Positions 8,022 to 18,587 of a stretch of DNA of 64,000 nucleotides are shown piece after piece. The notes under the pieces are model-generated. The model did no database searches. It was not told the DNA's origin and saw only the letters and a list, made by a program, of their open reading frames with translations. Positions within the stretch are counted from its first letter, which is position 1. Each line of letters begins with the position of its first letter. Origin of the DNA: a bacterium (GTDB lineage Bacteria > UBA8248); assembly GCA_963692865.2 (NCBI GenBank), contig OY843592.1, forward strand, positions 1,504,001-1,568,000, given 5' to 3'. A program made the position numbers and the translations under genes.

Positions 8022-10301
8022 GTGTCCGGCGCCGGGAGTGATGCGAAAGCCGCCGATTTTCGAGGGATGCCGATGCCGAACGCATGGACGAGAGCCTTTC
8101 AGGCGGTTTTCAGGCGATGGCTCGGGCGGCGGACGCCGCCGCTCTCCGGACCGGCCCATGAAACCGGGGATTCGGCGCGCTCGCGCATCGCCCGCTCGCG
8201 CCGGGCGAACCGCAAGTTCCAGTACTGCACGATAGGCGCGGCGTTCGTTTTGATGGTGATATTGAGTCTCCTCTCCTATCAGCTTTACGCCGACACCAAG
8301 GCCGAGACCGAGGAGAGGTCCAACCGCCGCCAGCTTCTTCTCGTGGAGCAGGCGGGCGACCGGATCGCCTCGTTCCTGGAGGCGCTCACGGCCTCTTTGC
8401 GCTACAGCGCGGGGTTTCTGCGCACCATCGAACCCGATCATCCAGGGCGTATGGCGGTGATGATGGGTCTGTACGAAAGGCTGGGCGGAAGGTTTCGCGT
8501 GAGCGAACTGGGCTACTTGCAGCGAGCGGGTGAGCAGGCCGCCGCCATTCCCAGGGAATATCTCGAAAAACTGGCGAACTGCTTTTGGCCGCAGGGTGCC
8601 TGCATCCTCGTGGTTCGCGATGAAGCCCAAAGGGTCTCCTCCTTGTTCGCGGCGGCGCCGGTGGCGCCCAAAGGCGATGGAACGGAAGCACGAGAGGCGC
8701 AGCGAAAGCGCGACTGGCTCTACGCGCGAATTTCCATGGCGGATCTGGCGCGCGCCTTCGTCGAGCCCGTTCAATCGGGTGGCCGGGAGCGGGCGTGGCT
8801 CGTGGACGGCGAGGGCAGAATTATCCTCCCTCCGGGCATCCCCCCGCTGGAAGGGGTTCAATTGTCCACCCTCGCGCGCGAGTTGGGGGATGAAAGACTG
8901 AAAAAACTCGCCGGCCGCATGAAGAAAGAAGTGAATGGTTTCGACTGGCACCTCGACTTGAGGCCCGGGAAGAAAGAAAAGCGCATGCGCTACCTGACGG
9001 CTTTCAGCAACTTCCCCGTCGGACATGAGAAGTGGACTTTCGCTCTCACGGCGCCGTCTACCGAATTCGTCGGATTGATCGGACGCCTGTTCCGGAAGGG
9101 TCTGCTCCTGACGGCTTTCGGGTTCGTCGCCCTGGTCCTGGCCGCTCTTTTGATACTCGACCGTGAGCGCAGGCGCATACGGGCCGAAGACAGAATCCAC
9201 TGGTCCGAGCAGGTGCTGGAGAGCAACAGGCGGCTTCAGGCGCTGTTCGACGGCATCACGGACGCCATCGGCATTCTGGACGAGGATTTCCGCATACGGA
9301 TGCTCAATCGCTCGATGGGCAGGCTCTTCGGACGAGAGACGTCCGATTTGCTGGATCAGAAATGGGAGATATCGCTGCTCGGCGCCGTGCCGGAGCCCTT
9401 TGTCGAGCGCGCCATCGTGGGCGACACGTTCGCGACCGGCGAGCCGGGTTTTTTCGAAAAGTCGATTTCGTGGGAAGATGGGCGGCAGATGGATATGGAA
9501 TACTATACCTATCCGATTCTCGACGCCTCGGGAGCAACGCTCCAGGTGATTTTGTATTTGAAGGACGTGACCGGGCGCAAGGCGCTCGAAAAGGAAGTTC
9601 TCCAGAGCGAGAGGCTCTCGATCGTCGGCAAGATGAGCGAGCAGGTGGCGCATTCCATCCGCAACCCCCTATCGGCCATCAACCTGAACGCGGAATTGCT
9701 CGGCGATGAGTTGTCGCAATTCAAGGAGGAGGATACCTCCGAGGCATGGACGCTGCTCAAATCCGTGCGGGCGGAGGTGGATATCCTCAGGCAGGTGACG
9801 GCCGATTATCTCAAGTTCGTGCGGATGCCCAGTCTGGAGAGAGCGCCGGTCGCCTGCAACGAGATGATAGCGGATTTGCTGGACCTGCACGCGGAAGTGG
9901 CGGCGAGCAGAAAAATCCGGGTCGAAAAGGAGTTTGAAATGACCATCCCCGAGGTTGTCCTGGACGAAACGCAAATACGCGTCGCGGTTCAGAACCTCAT
10001 CCTGAACGGCTTCGACGCGATGCCCGACGGCGGTCGTCTCGTGGTGAAGACCGAACTGGAGAATCAACACCTCGCCATCCGTATATCGGACAGCGGGGCG
10101 GGCATCAGCCTCGAGGATCAGGCTTCTTTGTTCACGCCGTTTTTCACGACGAAGGCGAACGGAACCGGCCTCGGCCTCGTGCTGAGCCGCCAGATCATCA
10201 CCGAGCACGGGGGGAGCATCCATTTCGAGAGCGAGGAGGGGGCGGGCGCCACTTTCGTCGTCGAACTCCCGCTCGCCGTTGCCCAGGAGGCGAAGGCATG
10301 A
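8022..10301 (+). CDS. Membrane sensor histidine kinase (periplasmic Cache-like domain, PAS, HisKA, HATPase)
   Basis: Two TM segments, PAS (ALFDGITDAIGILD), H-box AHSIRNPL, N-box QNLILNGFDAM, DSGAGI, FTPFFTTK, GTGLGL; start uncertain. Confidence 0.9.
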   Translation: MSGAGSDAKAADFRGMPMPNAWTRAFQAVFRRWLGRRTPPLSGPAHETGDSARSRIARSRRANRKFQYCTIGAAFVLMVILSLLSYQLYADTKAETEERSNRRQLLLVEQAGDRIASFLEALTASLRYSAGFLRTIEPDHPGRMAVMMGLYERLGGRFRVSELGYLQRAGEQAAAIPREYLEKLANCFWPQGACILVVRDEAQRVSSLFAAAPVAPKGDGTEAREAQRKRDWLYARISMADLARAFVEPVQSGGRERAWLVDGEGRIILPPGIPPLEGVQLSTLARELGDERLKKLAGRMKKEVNGFDWHLDLRPGKKEKRMRYLTAFSNFPVGHEKWTFALTAPSTEFVGLIGRLFRKGLLLTAFGFVALVLAALLILDRERRRIRAEDRIHWSEQVLESNRRLQALFDGITDAIGILDEDFRIRMLNRSMGRLFGRETSDLLDQKWEISLLGAVPEPFVERAIVGDTFATGEPGFFEKSISWEDGRQMDMEYYTYPILDASGATLQVILYLKDVTGRKALEKEVLQSERLSIVGKMSEQVAHSIRNPLSAINLNAELLGDELSQFKEEDTSEAWTLLKSVRAEVDILRQVTADYLKFVRMPSLERAPVACNEMIADLLDLHAEVAASRKIRVEKEFEMTIPEVVLDETQIRVAVQNLILNGFDAMPDGGRLVVKTELENQHLAIRISDSGAGISLEDQASLFTPFFTTKANGTGLGLVLSRQIITEHGGSIHFESEEGAGATFVVELPLAVAQEAKA

Positions 10302-11677
10302 GCGGCCACGCCGGGGCGCGCATGCTGGTGGTGGACGACAAGCGCGGCAGCCGCGAAGCGCTCCAGAAGATGATCGCCAAGGAGGGGTTCGAGGTCGCTA
10401 TGGCGCACGATGCGGAGACCGCCGCCGAGATGTTCGGCGCCGACCCCGTGAATCTGGTCATCACCGACCTCAGAATGCCGGGGATGGACGGCATCGGCTT
10501 GCTGAAAGAGGTGAAGCGCGTGAGCCCGGATACGGAGGTTATCCTGATCTCCGGCGCCGGGAGCATCCAGTCGGCCGTCGAGGCGATGCGCGAGGGGGCG
10601 TATGACTTTCTCACCAAGCCTCTGGAGCGCGCCCTCGTCCTCAAGGCGATAGACAAGGCGCTCGAAAAACAGGCGCTCATGCGCGAGAACGCGGATTTGC
10701 GGGCGCAACTCCAGAGCCTCAGAGACGCATCCGGCATGATGGGGAATCATTCCTCGATCCGCCGGGTGAAGGACATGGTTCGCCAGGTCGCGTCCACTTC
10801 CGCCACGGTCCTGATCCTCGGCGAGAGCGGAACGGGCAAGGAACTGGTGGCGAGCGCCCTGCACGAGGAGAGCGAGAGGGCGGGCAAGGCCATGGTGAAG
10901 GTGAACTGCGCGGCGCTTCCCGAAACGCTCCTCGAGAGCGAACTGTTCGGCTACGAGCGCGGGGCGTTTACGGGCGCCGTGGGCCGCAAGGAGGGCCGGT
11001 TCAGGCTCGCCCACGAGGGCACGCTGTTTCTCGATGAAATCGGGGACATGCCGCTCGTTCTTCAGCCGAAGATTCTCCGCGTCTTGCAGGAGGGAGAATT
11101 CGAGCGCGTCGGCGGAACGGAGACTCTGAAGGTGGACGCGCGGATCGTGGCTTCCACGAACGTGGACCTGCAAACCGCCGTGGCCGAGGGGAAGTTTCGC
11201 GAGGATCTCTATTACCGCCTGAACGTGGTCCCCATCCACCTGCCCGCCCTGAGGGATCGGCGAAGCGACATTCCGCTGCTCGCCGAGCATTTCCTCCAGC
11301 GCTTCGCCGCGAAGAACAACCGGCCCGTTCTCGCGTTCTCGCGCGAGGCGCTCGACGCGATGTCGAACTATCATTGGCCCGGAAACGTGCGTGAACTCGA
11401 AAACATGGTGGAGCGCGCGGTGGTGCTGAGCCGGGGAGAGATTCTCTCGTTGGACGATCTCCCCGCGCAGGTCGCCCGGGGCGAGCCCGTGAACGGGGAG
11501 CAGGCCGCGGCGTCGGACGCGCCGCTCATCAACCTCGAGGTCGGCACCCCGCTCGCGGAAGTCGAGCGGCGGGTCATTCTGGAGACTCTCCGGCACACGG
11601 GCGGCGACAAGAGCGCCGCCGCACGCCTCCTGGGAATCGCCACGCGCACCATCTACCGGAAGCTGGACGGGAGTTGA
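10298..11677 (+). CDS. Sigma54-dependent response regulator (NtrC/AtoC family)
   Basis: REC domain ([10 protein letters not shown]), [35 protein letters not shown], Fis-type HTH. Confidence 0.95.
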   Translation: MSGHAGARMLVVDDKRGSREALQKMIAKEGFEVAMAHDAETAAEMFGADPVNLVITDLRMPGMDGIGLLKEVKRVSPDTEVILISGAGSIQSAVEAMREGAYDFLTKPLERALVLKAIDKALEKQALMRENADLRAQLQSLRDASGMMGNHSSIRRVKDMVRQVASTSATVLILGESGTGKELVASALHEESERAGKAMVKVNCAALPETLLESELFGYERGAFTGAVGRKEGRFRLAHEGTLFLDEIGDMPLVLQPKILRVLQEGEFERVGGTETLKVDARIVASTNVDLQTAVAEGKFREDLYYRLNVVPIHLPALRDRRSDIPLLAEHFLQRFAAKNNRPVLAFSREALDAMSNYHWPGNVRELENMVERAVVLSRGEILSLDDLPAQVARGEPVNGEQAAASDAPLINLEVGTPLAEVERRVILETLRHTGGDKSAAARLLGIATRTIYRKLDGS

Positions 11678-11751
11678 TCGCCCGCGCATCGCTCGTTTCA
11701 TGAGCGGGTTGTGGTAAGGTGTGGCGCGAGAATCTGCGTAGGAGTTCGTCG

Positions 11752-12405
11752 ATGCGGGGTCGTTTCATCACGTTCGAGGGCGTGGAGGGTTGCGGCAAGT
11801 CGACCCAGATGGCGCGCCTGCGGGCGTGGATGGAAGGAGCGGGCCTCCCCGTTGTCGCCACGCGCGAGCCCGGCGGCACGAAGGTCGGGGAGGGGATTCG
11901 CGAGTTGCTCCTCGCCCCGCGGGATGAGGGTCTGGACGCGGAGACGGAACTCCTGCTCTACGAGGCGGCGCGGGCGCAGCACGTGAGCGAGGTGATTCGC
12001 CCGGCCCTGGAGGCGGGCGCCCACGTTCTTTGCGACCGGTTCTTCGACTCCACGACGGCGTACCAGGCGTTCGGGCGGGGACTGGACGAGGAGATGGTGC
12101 TGGAGTTGAACCGCATGGCGAGCGGGGGTCTCGTTCCCGACCTGACGCTGCTGTTTTCCGTATCGCTTGAGGAAGGCCTCGTTCGCGCGCGCGGCGAAAG
12201 CGCGGGCGACAGGCTCGAGGGCGAGAGTCTGTCGTTTCACCGCAAGGTGCAGGCGGGCTTCGAGGCGCTGGCGAAGCGCGAGCCCGAGCGTTTTCACGTA
12301 ATAGGCGATAGCGCGATTGAGCAGGTGCACGAAGAGGTGCTGACGATTCTGAAGGAAAGGTTCGAATGGGCTGGGAATCCATCCGCGGCCAGGACGCGGC
12401 TTTAG
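11752..12405 (+). CDS. tmk: Thymidylate kinase
   Basis: FITFEGVEGCGKSTQ, TREPGGT, LCDRFFDSTTAYQ. Confidence 0.96.
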   Translation: MRGRFITFEGVEGCGKSTQMARLRAWMEGAGLPVVATREPGGTKVGEGIRELLLAPRDEGLDAETELLLYEAARAQHVSEVIRPALEAGAHVLCDRFFDSTTAYQAFGRGLDEEMVLELNRMASGGLVPDLTLLFSVSLEEGLVRARGESAGDRLEGESLSFHRKVQAGFEALAKREPERFHVIGDSAIEQVHEEVLTILKERFEWAGNPSAARTRL

Positions 12406-13385
12406 ACCTGCTGCGGAGAGACTTATCCTCCGGGCAGGCGGCGGGCGCCTATCTGTTTCATGGTCCCGACGGGGTCGGCAAGGCGCTCGTTGCTCGCCTG
12501 TTCGCGCAGGCCTTGCAGTGCGCGGGCGGCGCGCCGCCTTGCGGGGCCTGCAGGGCGTGCGAGAAGACGCTCGCGAACGTACACCCCGACGTCGTCTCGA
12601 TTCGCCCCGAAGCGGGTTCTCGCTCCATCAAGGCGGAGGAGATCAGGGAAGAAGTGATTCGGCGCGCCCACCAGCGCCCCAACGAGGGGATGCGGCAGGT
12701 CTTCATCGTCGAGGACGCGCATCTGCTCACGCGGGTGAGCCAGAACGCCCTGCTCAAGACGCTGGAGGAGCCGAGCGCGGGCACGATCCTGATGCTGGTG
12801 ACGCCGAACCTCCACACCCTGTTGCCGACGATCATCTCGCGCTGCCGGAGGATCAGGTTTCAGGCGCTGGCGCGCGCGGATCTTGCCGCCGTTATCGGGG
12901 AGCGTTGCGCGGGCGAGGACGTGGAGAAGCTCGTTTCCCTCAGCATGGGCAGGCTGGGCGTCGCGATGTCGGCCGACGTCGAGGCCCTCTCCGAGCGCCG
13001 GGACGGGGCGATGCGGTTCCTGGAGGAGGTGAGCGCGCCTGCGGGCCGGGCGGACGAGGTGACCCTCATCACCCTCGCCACTGAGCGGGCGGGCAGCGGG
13101 GCTTCGGGCAGAAACGAAACAATTCTCTTTTTGGAAATGCTTCGCGGGCTGCTTCGCGATATACTTATCACCCGGGAAGCGCCCGAGACGATGGAATTGT
13201 GGCACACGGACATTCGGGCGGCATTGGCCGCCATGGGAGAGCGCTGGGGAAGCGCGGGCTTAACCCGTGCCCTCGAAAGGGCGGGGGAGGCCTTGCGCGA
13301 CGTGGACGGCGGGAACACCAACCCGTCCCTGACGCTCGAGGCTCTGGTATATTCCCTGCGGGAGACGGTTCCCGCCGGGGTTTGA
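12366..13385 (+). CDS. holB: DNA polymerase III delta-prime subunit
   Basis: AYLFHGPDGVGK, CGACRAC, HPDV, NALLKTLEEP, LPTIISRC. Confidence 0.93.
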   Translation: MGWESIRGQDAALDLLRRDLSSGQAAGAYLFHGPDGVGKALVARLFAQALQCAGGAPPCGACRACEKTLANVHPDVVSIRPEAGSRSIKAEEIREEVIRRAHQRPNEGMRQVFIVEDAHLLTRVSQNALLKTLEEPSAGTILMLVTPNLHTLLPTIISRCRRIRFQALARADLAAVIGERCAGEDVEKLVSLSMGRLGVAMSADVEALSERRDGAMRFLEEVSAPAGRADEVTLITLATERAGSGASGRNETILFLEMLRGLLRDILITREAPETMELWHTDIRAALAAMGERWGSAGLTRALERAGEALRDVDGGNTNPSLTLEALVYSLRETVPAGV

Positions 13386-13394
13386 GGTGAGCGA

Positions 13395-14333
13395 ATGAAT
13401 GAATCATCGAACGGCGGCGTCGCCGTCGAGGAGGCGCCCGAGACGCGCAAGCTGGGCGTGGTCGGGGTCAAGACGCGCTTCGGCGCGCGACCGGTTCATC
13501 ACACCTACGGGGCTCTTCGCCTTCGCGTCGGGATGAAGGTGATGGTCAAGAGCAAGGGCGAGGACGCGGAGTTCGGCGAGGTATCCGAAAACCCCCGCGT
13601 CATGGATGCGCGCTATTATCCCGGCTCCCTCCCCGAGGTGCTGCGGATAGCCACCGAGGATGACGAGAAAAAGGTGGCCCGAACCGAGGAGAACGAGAAG
13701 AGCGCCTACGATTTCTGCCGCATGAAGATATCCGAGCTAAAACTCCCCATGCGGCTGATCGAGGTCCGCTACATCCACTCGAACAAGAAGGCGATGTTTT
13801 ACTTCTCCTCCGACGGGCGCGTGGATTTCCGCAAGCTGGTGCGGGTGCTCGCCGAGCGGCTCTCCGTCCGCGTGGAGATGCGCCAGATAGGCGTGCGCGA
13901 CGAGGCGGGCATGAAGGGCGGCTGCGGGGATTGCGGGCGCACCTATTGCTGCAGTTCCTTCCTCAAGTCGTTCGACCCCATTTCCGTCCGCATGGCGAAG
14001 GACCAGAACCTGAGCCTGAACCCCGTCAAGCTCTCCGGCGGCTGCGGGCGGCTCAAGTGCTGCCTTCGCTTCGAGCATTCCCACTACGTGTCGGTGAAGA
14101 AGAAACTGCCCGCCTGCAAGAAGAAAGTCGGCGGCTGCGACTGCGGCGCGACCGTCGTGCGCCAGGACCTCCTGAAGGAAGAGGTGACCCTCGCGCTCGA
14201 AACGGGAGACTTCATGACGGTTCGCGCGGAGGACCTGATGCGCCTGCCCACGGGCCAATTCTCGCTTAAAACCGGCGTCCAGGACGATGCGTCCCTCAAC
14301 GTCTTGCCCAAGGAAAACGGCCCCAAACGATGA
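13395..14333 (+). CDS. PSP1-domain / RicT (YaaT)-like Fe-S protein
   Basis: RVDFRKLV, EMRQIGVRDEA, GGCGDCGRTYCC, MAKDQNLSLNP, GGCGRLKCCL; canonical position between holB and metG. Confidence 0.9.
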   Translation: MNESSNGGVAVEEAPETRKLGVVGVKTRFGARPVHHTYGALRLRVGMKVMVKSKGEDAEFGEVSENPRVMDARYYPGSLPEVLRIATEDDEKKVARTEENEKSAYDFCRMKISELKLPMRLIEVRYIHSNKKAMFYFSSDGRVDFRKLVRVLAERLSVRVEMRQIGVRDEAGMKGGCGDCGRTYCCSSFLKSFDPISVRMAKDQNLSLNPVKLSGGCGRLKCCLRFEHSHYVSVKKKLPACKKKVGGCDCGATVVRQDLLKEEVTLALETGDFMTVRAEDLMRLPTGQFSLKTGVQDDASLNVLPKENGPKR

Positions 14334-16279
14334 GCAAAAAACCGTTTTACGTCTCCACGCCGATATATTACGTGAACGACAAGCCGCACCTGGGCCACGC
14401 CTACACGACGGTGGCTTGCGACGCCAAGGCGCGCTTCCACAGGCTGCGCGGCGAGCCGGCGCATTTTCTCACCGGAACCGACGAGCACGGCCAGAAGCTC
14501 CAGCGCGCGGCCCGCGAGGCCGGCATGGACCCCCTCGCGTTCTGCGACATGAACAGCGCGAAGTTCCGCGAACTCTGGGAGAAGCTCGACATCTCCTACG
14601 ACGATTACATCCGCACGACCGAGGAGCGCCATGTTCGCGGCGTGCAGGAACTCTGGCGGCGCGTGGAGGCGGCGGGCGACATCTACCTGGGCGCATACGC
14701 CGGCTGGTACGCCGTCCGCGACGAGGCTTTCTACACCGAGAGCGAACTCACCGAAGGCCCCGACGGAGCGAAGCTCGCGCCCACGGGCGCGGAAGTCGAA
14801 TGGGTGGAGGAGCCGAGCTATTTCTTCCGCCTGAGCAAGTACGCCGAGCCTCTCCTCGATCACTACGAGAAAAACCCCCGGTTCGTTCAGCCCGAGAGCC
14901 GCAGAAACGAGGTGATGAGCTTCGTGCGGGGCGGACTCAAGGATCTTTCCCTTTCGCGCACGAGCTTTCAGTGGGGGATCCCCGTGCCGGGGGACGAAAG
15001 CCACGTCATCTACGTGTGGTTCGACGCGCTGAGCAACTACCTGACCGCGCCGGGCTTCGATGAGAACGGGGTTCGCGAGGGGAGCCCCTGGCCGACGGAC
15101 CAGCATTTCATCGGCAAGGACATCCTGCGGTTCCACGCGGTCTACTGGCCCGCCTTCCTGCTCTCCGCGGGCGTCCCCCTGCCGGGGCAGGTCTTCAGCC
15201 ACGGGTGGTGGACGGTCGAGGGCCAGAAGATGTCCAAGAGCCTGGGCAACGCGGTCGACCCGCACTGGCTGATCGAGGAATACGGGGTCGACGCCATCCG
15301 CTACTTCCTGCTCAAGGAGATCCCCTTCGGGCTGGACGGCGATTTCTCCCACGGCGCGCTGATCGACCGCATCAACAGCGATCTGGCGAACGATCTGGGG
15401 AACCTCCTCTACCGCACCCTGAACATGGTGAAGCGCTACACGGAGGGCCGGCTCGAACGCTCCGCGGCAGGCGATACCGAGGCGGAGAGCGCGTTTTGCG
15501 AATTCGTCGCCGATGCGGCCGCGCGGTATGAGAACGGCATGGCGGCGACGCACTTCCAGAACGGCCTGAGAGCCGCCTGGGAGGTGATTTCCTGCGCCAA
15601 CAAATACATCGACGCGAACGCCCCCTGGACGCTCGCGAAAGAGGGCGACGATGCCCGCCTGTGCTCGGTGCTATGGCACGCCGTGGCGGCGATTCGCGTC
15701 GTCGCGGCCATGATTTCGCCCGTCATGCCGGCCACCGCTGGGAAGATAGCGGCGCAAATCGGCCTGTCAGAGGACTGGGCGGGCGCTCCTTATGCGGAGT
15801 TGATGGACATGCGGGGGCTGCCGGAGGAGCTGGTCACCAGCCTTGGGCCGCCTCTTTTCCCGCGCATCGAGGACGAGGCGAAACAGGCCATACAGGAGAA
15901 GGTGGCCAGGCGCATCGCAGGCGGCGAGGAGGCCGCGCCCGCAGAAGACGCGAAAGAGCGGATATCCTTCGAGGAATTCCAGAAAATGGATCTGCGCGCA
16001 GCGCAAGTACTGGAGGCCGAGCGGATGCCCAAGTCGAAAAACCTGCTCAAGCTCACCGTTTCCTTAGGCGAGGAAACCCGCACCGTCGTGGCGGGCATTG
16101 CGAAACACTACGCGCCCGAGGATTTGCCGGGCCGCAAGGTGATCCTCGTGGCCAACCTCGCGCCGGCCAGGCTCATGGGCGTGGAGTCCCAGGGCATGGT
16201 TCTCGCCGCCGAAGACGGCGGGCATCTGCTGCTCGCGGGCGTGGACGAGGCGGTGACGCCGGGCGCGCCGATCAGGTAA
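14330..16279 (+). CDS. metG: Methionine--tRNA ligase with C-terminal tRNA-binding domain
   Basis: YYVNDKPHLGH, GTDEHGQK, YVWFDAL, KMSKS, C-terminal OB fold (GVESQGMVLAA). Confidence 0.97.
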   Translation: MSKKPFYVSTPIYYVNDKPHLGHAYTTVACDAKARFHRLRGEPAHFLTGTDEHGQKLQRAAREAGMDPLAFCDMNSAKFRELWEKLDISYDDYIRTTEERHVRGVQELWRRVEAAGDIYLGAYAGWYAVRDEAFYTESELTEGPDGAKLAPTGAEVEWVEEPSYFFRLSKYAEPLLDHYEKNPRFVQPESRRNEVMSFVRGGLKDLSLSRTSFQWGIPVPGDESHVIYVWFDALSNYLTAPGFDENGVREGSPWPTDQHFIGKDILRFHAVYWPAFLLSAGVPLPGQVFSHGWWTVEGQKMSKSLGNAVDPHWLIEEYGVDAIRYFLLKEIPFGLDGDFSHGALIDRINSDLANDLGNLLYRTLNMVKRYTEGRLERSAAGDTEAESAFCEFVADAAARYENGMAATHFQNGLRAAWEVISCANKYIDANAPWTLAKEGDDARLCSVLWHAVAAIRVVAAMISPVMPATAGKIAAQIGLSEDWAGAPYAELMDMRGLPEELVTSLGPPLFPRIEDEAKQAIQEKVARRIAGGEEAAPAEDAKERISFEEFQKMDLRAAQVLEAERMPKSKNLLKLTVSLGEETRTVVAGIAKHYAPEDLPGRKVILVANLAPARLMGVESQGMVLAAEDGGHLLLAGVDEAVTPGAPIR

Positions 16280-16316
16280 AACAAAACGCCCCGCCCGGGA
16301 GATTGGAGTTTTTGGA

Positions 16317-18047
16317 GTGAACGAATCATCGGAATCCGCGCCGGATTCATCCGGCGATAAGGACCCATTCGCGGGTCAGGACAGAAAAGGACGCCCCAAT
16401 CGCCGCAGAAGAAGGCGAGGCCGAAGGGGCGGGAAACGTCCGGAAGCCATAGAACGGCAGAATACGCCCGGGAATGCGGAGACCGCCGCGCAAACGCAAA
16501 GCGGGGGCAAAGCCGCCCCGCGCCCTGAAAACGGCGGTTCGCGCGACGCCGATTCCCGGCGCGGGCGGGGCGGACGCAAGACCAAGAACCGCTGGCGGCA
16601 CCAGCGGAGGAAAAAAGCCCAGCCCCAGGTCATCATCGCCGAACTGCCCGATACGAACGGCCTGCCCGTACTGGTGGATACCCACGCCCATCTCATCGAC
16701 AAGGCTTTCGATCCGGACCGCCAGGGAGTGGTGGAGCGCGCCATCGAGGAGGGGGTGCACTACATCATCTCGATGGGCGCCTGTCTGGAGTCGAGCCGCC
16801 GGACCCTCGATCTCGCGGCGTCCTACGCGGGCGTCTACGCGGCGGTCGGCGTGCATCCGAGCGACGTCAAGGACATAAACGAGCGGACCATCCGGGATAT
16901 CGCCAAACTGACCGATGATCCCAAAGCGGTGGCCGTCGGCGAGATCGGGCTGGACTACTATCGGGATAACGCCCCGCGCAAGACCCAGCGCAGGTGGTTT
17001 CGGGAGCAAATCCGGCTGGCCGTCGAGGCGGGCAAGCCCATCGTCGTCCATTGCCGCGACTCGGCGGATGACATCCATGAGATTTTGGAAGCGGAAAGGG
17101 CGTGGCGAGCGGGCGGGGTGATCCACTGCTTCACGGGCGACGGCGAGCAGGCCCGGAAATTCCTGGACATCGATTTTCATCTGGGCGCGGGCGGGGCCAT
17201 CACCTTCTCGCGCTCGGAAGAACTCCGCGAAGTCTTCGAGCGGGTCCCCATCGAGCGCGTGCTCCTCGAAACGGACAGCCCCTATCTCGCCCCCCCGCCC
17301 CACCGGGGCAAGCGGAATGAGCCGGCCTACGTCGCGCACGTGGCGGAGACTCTCGCCGAACTCCGCGGGATGTCGACCGAGGAGGTGACGCGCCTCACCA
17401 CGGAGAACGCGCGCCGCCTGTTCGGGGTGGGGCCGCCGCGCGAGGAGGGGAGCATCGCCTACGCTCTCGGCGATACGCTCTATCTCAACGTCACGAACGA
17501 TTGCCAGAACTCATGTTTTTTCTGCGGTCTCCTGAGCGACTGCGTCTACAAGGGCCACAATCTGACGCTCGAAGGAGAACCCGACGCGGGCGAGGTTCTC
17601 GCCGCCGCCGGCGACCCGACCCGCTTCGCCGAAGTCGTATTCAGCGGCTTCGGCGAGCCCACGCTCAGGCTCGACGTCGTGAAGGAGGTGGCCGGCGAAC
17701 TCAAGCGCCGGGGCGCGAAGCGCATCCGCCTGGTGACGAACGGGCTCGCGAACAAGACGCACGAGAGAAACATCCTGCCCGAACTCGGCGGCCTCGTGGA
17801 CGCGATATCCATCAGCATGCAGGCGGAAAGCCCGGAAGCCTATGCGAAGGTCTGCAAGACCAGGGGCGTGGAAGACCCCTACCCGCAGGTCAAGGAGTTC
17901 GTCCGGTGGTCCAAGAACTACATCCCCGAGGTGGAGGTGACGGCCGTCAAGATGAACGGCCTCATCGACATCGAGGCGTGCGAGAAGGTGGCGACCGAGG
18001 AGCTGGGCGTGCCCTTCCGCGCGCATGATTACGTGCGCATGGATTAA
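16317..18047 (+). CDS. TatD-family nuclease fused to TatD-associated radical SAM domain, with Arg-rich N-terminal extension
   Basis: DTHAH, GVHP, GEIGLDY, HCR, ETDSPYL...RGKRNEP, then LYLNVTNDCQNSCFFC (CxxxCxxC) and FSGFGEPT. Confidence 0.88.
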   Translation: MNESSESAPDSSGDKDPFAGQDRKGRPNRRRRRRGRRGGKRPEAIERQNTPGNAETAAQTQSGGKAAPRPENGGSRDADSRRGRGGRKTKNRWRHQRRKKAQPQVIIAELPDTNGLPVLVDTHAHLIDKAFDPDRQGVVERAIEEGVHYIISMGACLESSRRTLDLAASYAGVYAAVGVHPSDVKDINERTIRDIAKLTDDPKAVAVGEIGLDYYRDNAPRKTQRRWFREQIRLAVEAGKPIVVHCRDSADDIHEILEAERAWRAGGVIHCFTGDGEQARKFLDIDFHLGAGGAITFSRSEELREVFERVPIERVLLETDSPYLAPPPHRGKRNEPAYVAHVAETLAELRGMSTEEVTRLTTENARRLFGVGPPREEGSIAYALGDTLYLNVTNDCQNSCFFCGLLSDCVYKGHNLTLEGEPDAGEVLAAAGDPTRFAEVVFSGFGEPTLRLDVVKEVAGELKRRGAKRIRLVTNGLANKTHERNILPELGGLVDAISISMQAESPEAYAKVCKTRGVEDPYPQVKEFVRWSKNYIPEVEVTAVKMNGLIDIEACEKVATEELGVPFRAHDYVRMD

Positions 18048-18059
18048 GGCAATCCAGGT

Positions 18060-18472
18060 CGGGGACGTGTTGAAAAATCCCTCTTCGCTCGGTCGATTCC
18101 TTCCTCATCGGTCGGAACCGACCGCCGCCGTCATTCCGGCGAAAGCCGGAATCCATTTTCAAGCAGAATGACAATGCTCCGGTTTTCCGTCTCCCCGTCA
18201 TAGGCGGGAACCAAGCAGAAAAGAAAAAAAAAGCAAAACAAATGGATTCCGTCGAACCCTCCCTCCCCGGTCGTCTCCGACACCGGAATGACGAACAAAA
18301 CCGCATTCACCTGTAATAGGGCGGCCCTTTATGGCCGCCCTACCCCCCGTGGCCGCCCTTATCGGGTATGCCTATCCTTTCTGGTTGTCCCTTACCAGGA
18401 CAGGCACGGGGGCCTGTCCCTGCGGGAGCGGAATCCGCATCAGTGCAGGGGCCGTTCGCGAACGGCCTCTAC
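18060..18472. repeat. Intergenic palindrome mosaic (TIR-like end, GTCATTCCGG...CCGGAATGAC family, GTAG/GCAG REP-like hairpins)
   Basis: gtgttgaaaaatccc; gtcattccggcgaaagccggaatcc; agggcggccctttatggccgccct; ggggccgttcgcgaacggcc. Confidence 0.7.
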
Positions 18473-18587
18473 TGAACAACCGTGCCCGTTTGCGCTAGAA
18501 TGCCCCCATGACTAACCAGCGTGCCTCCAACGATTTTACCGATCCATCTGAGCCAAACGCGCGCATCGTCCCACGGAAAAACCCCCG

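Noticed and set aside
12366-12405. 40-nt tmk/holB overlap
   Set aside because: Ordinary overlap in a conserved operon.
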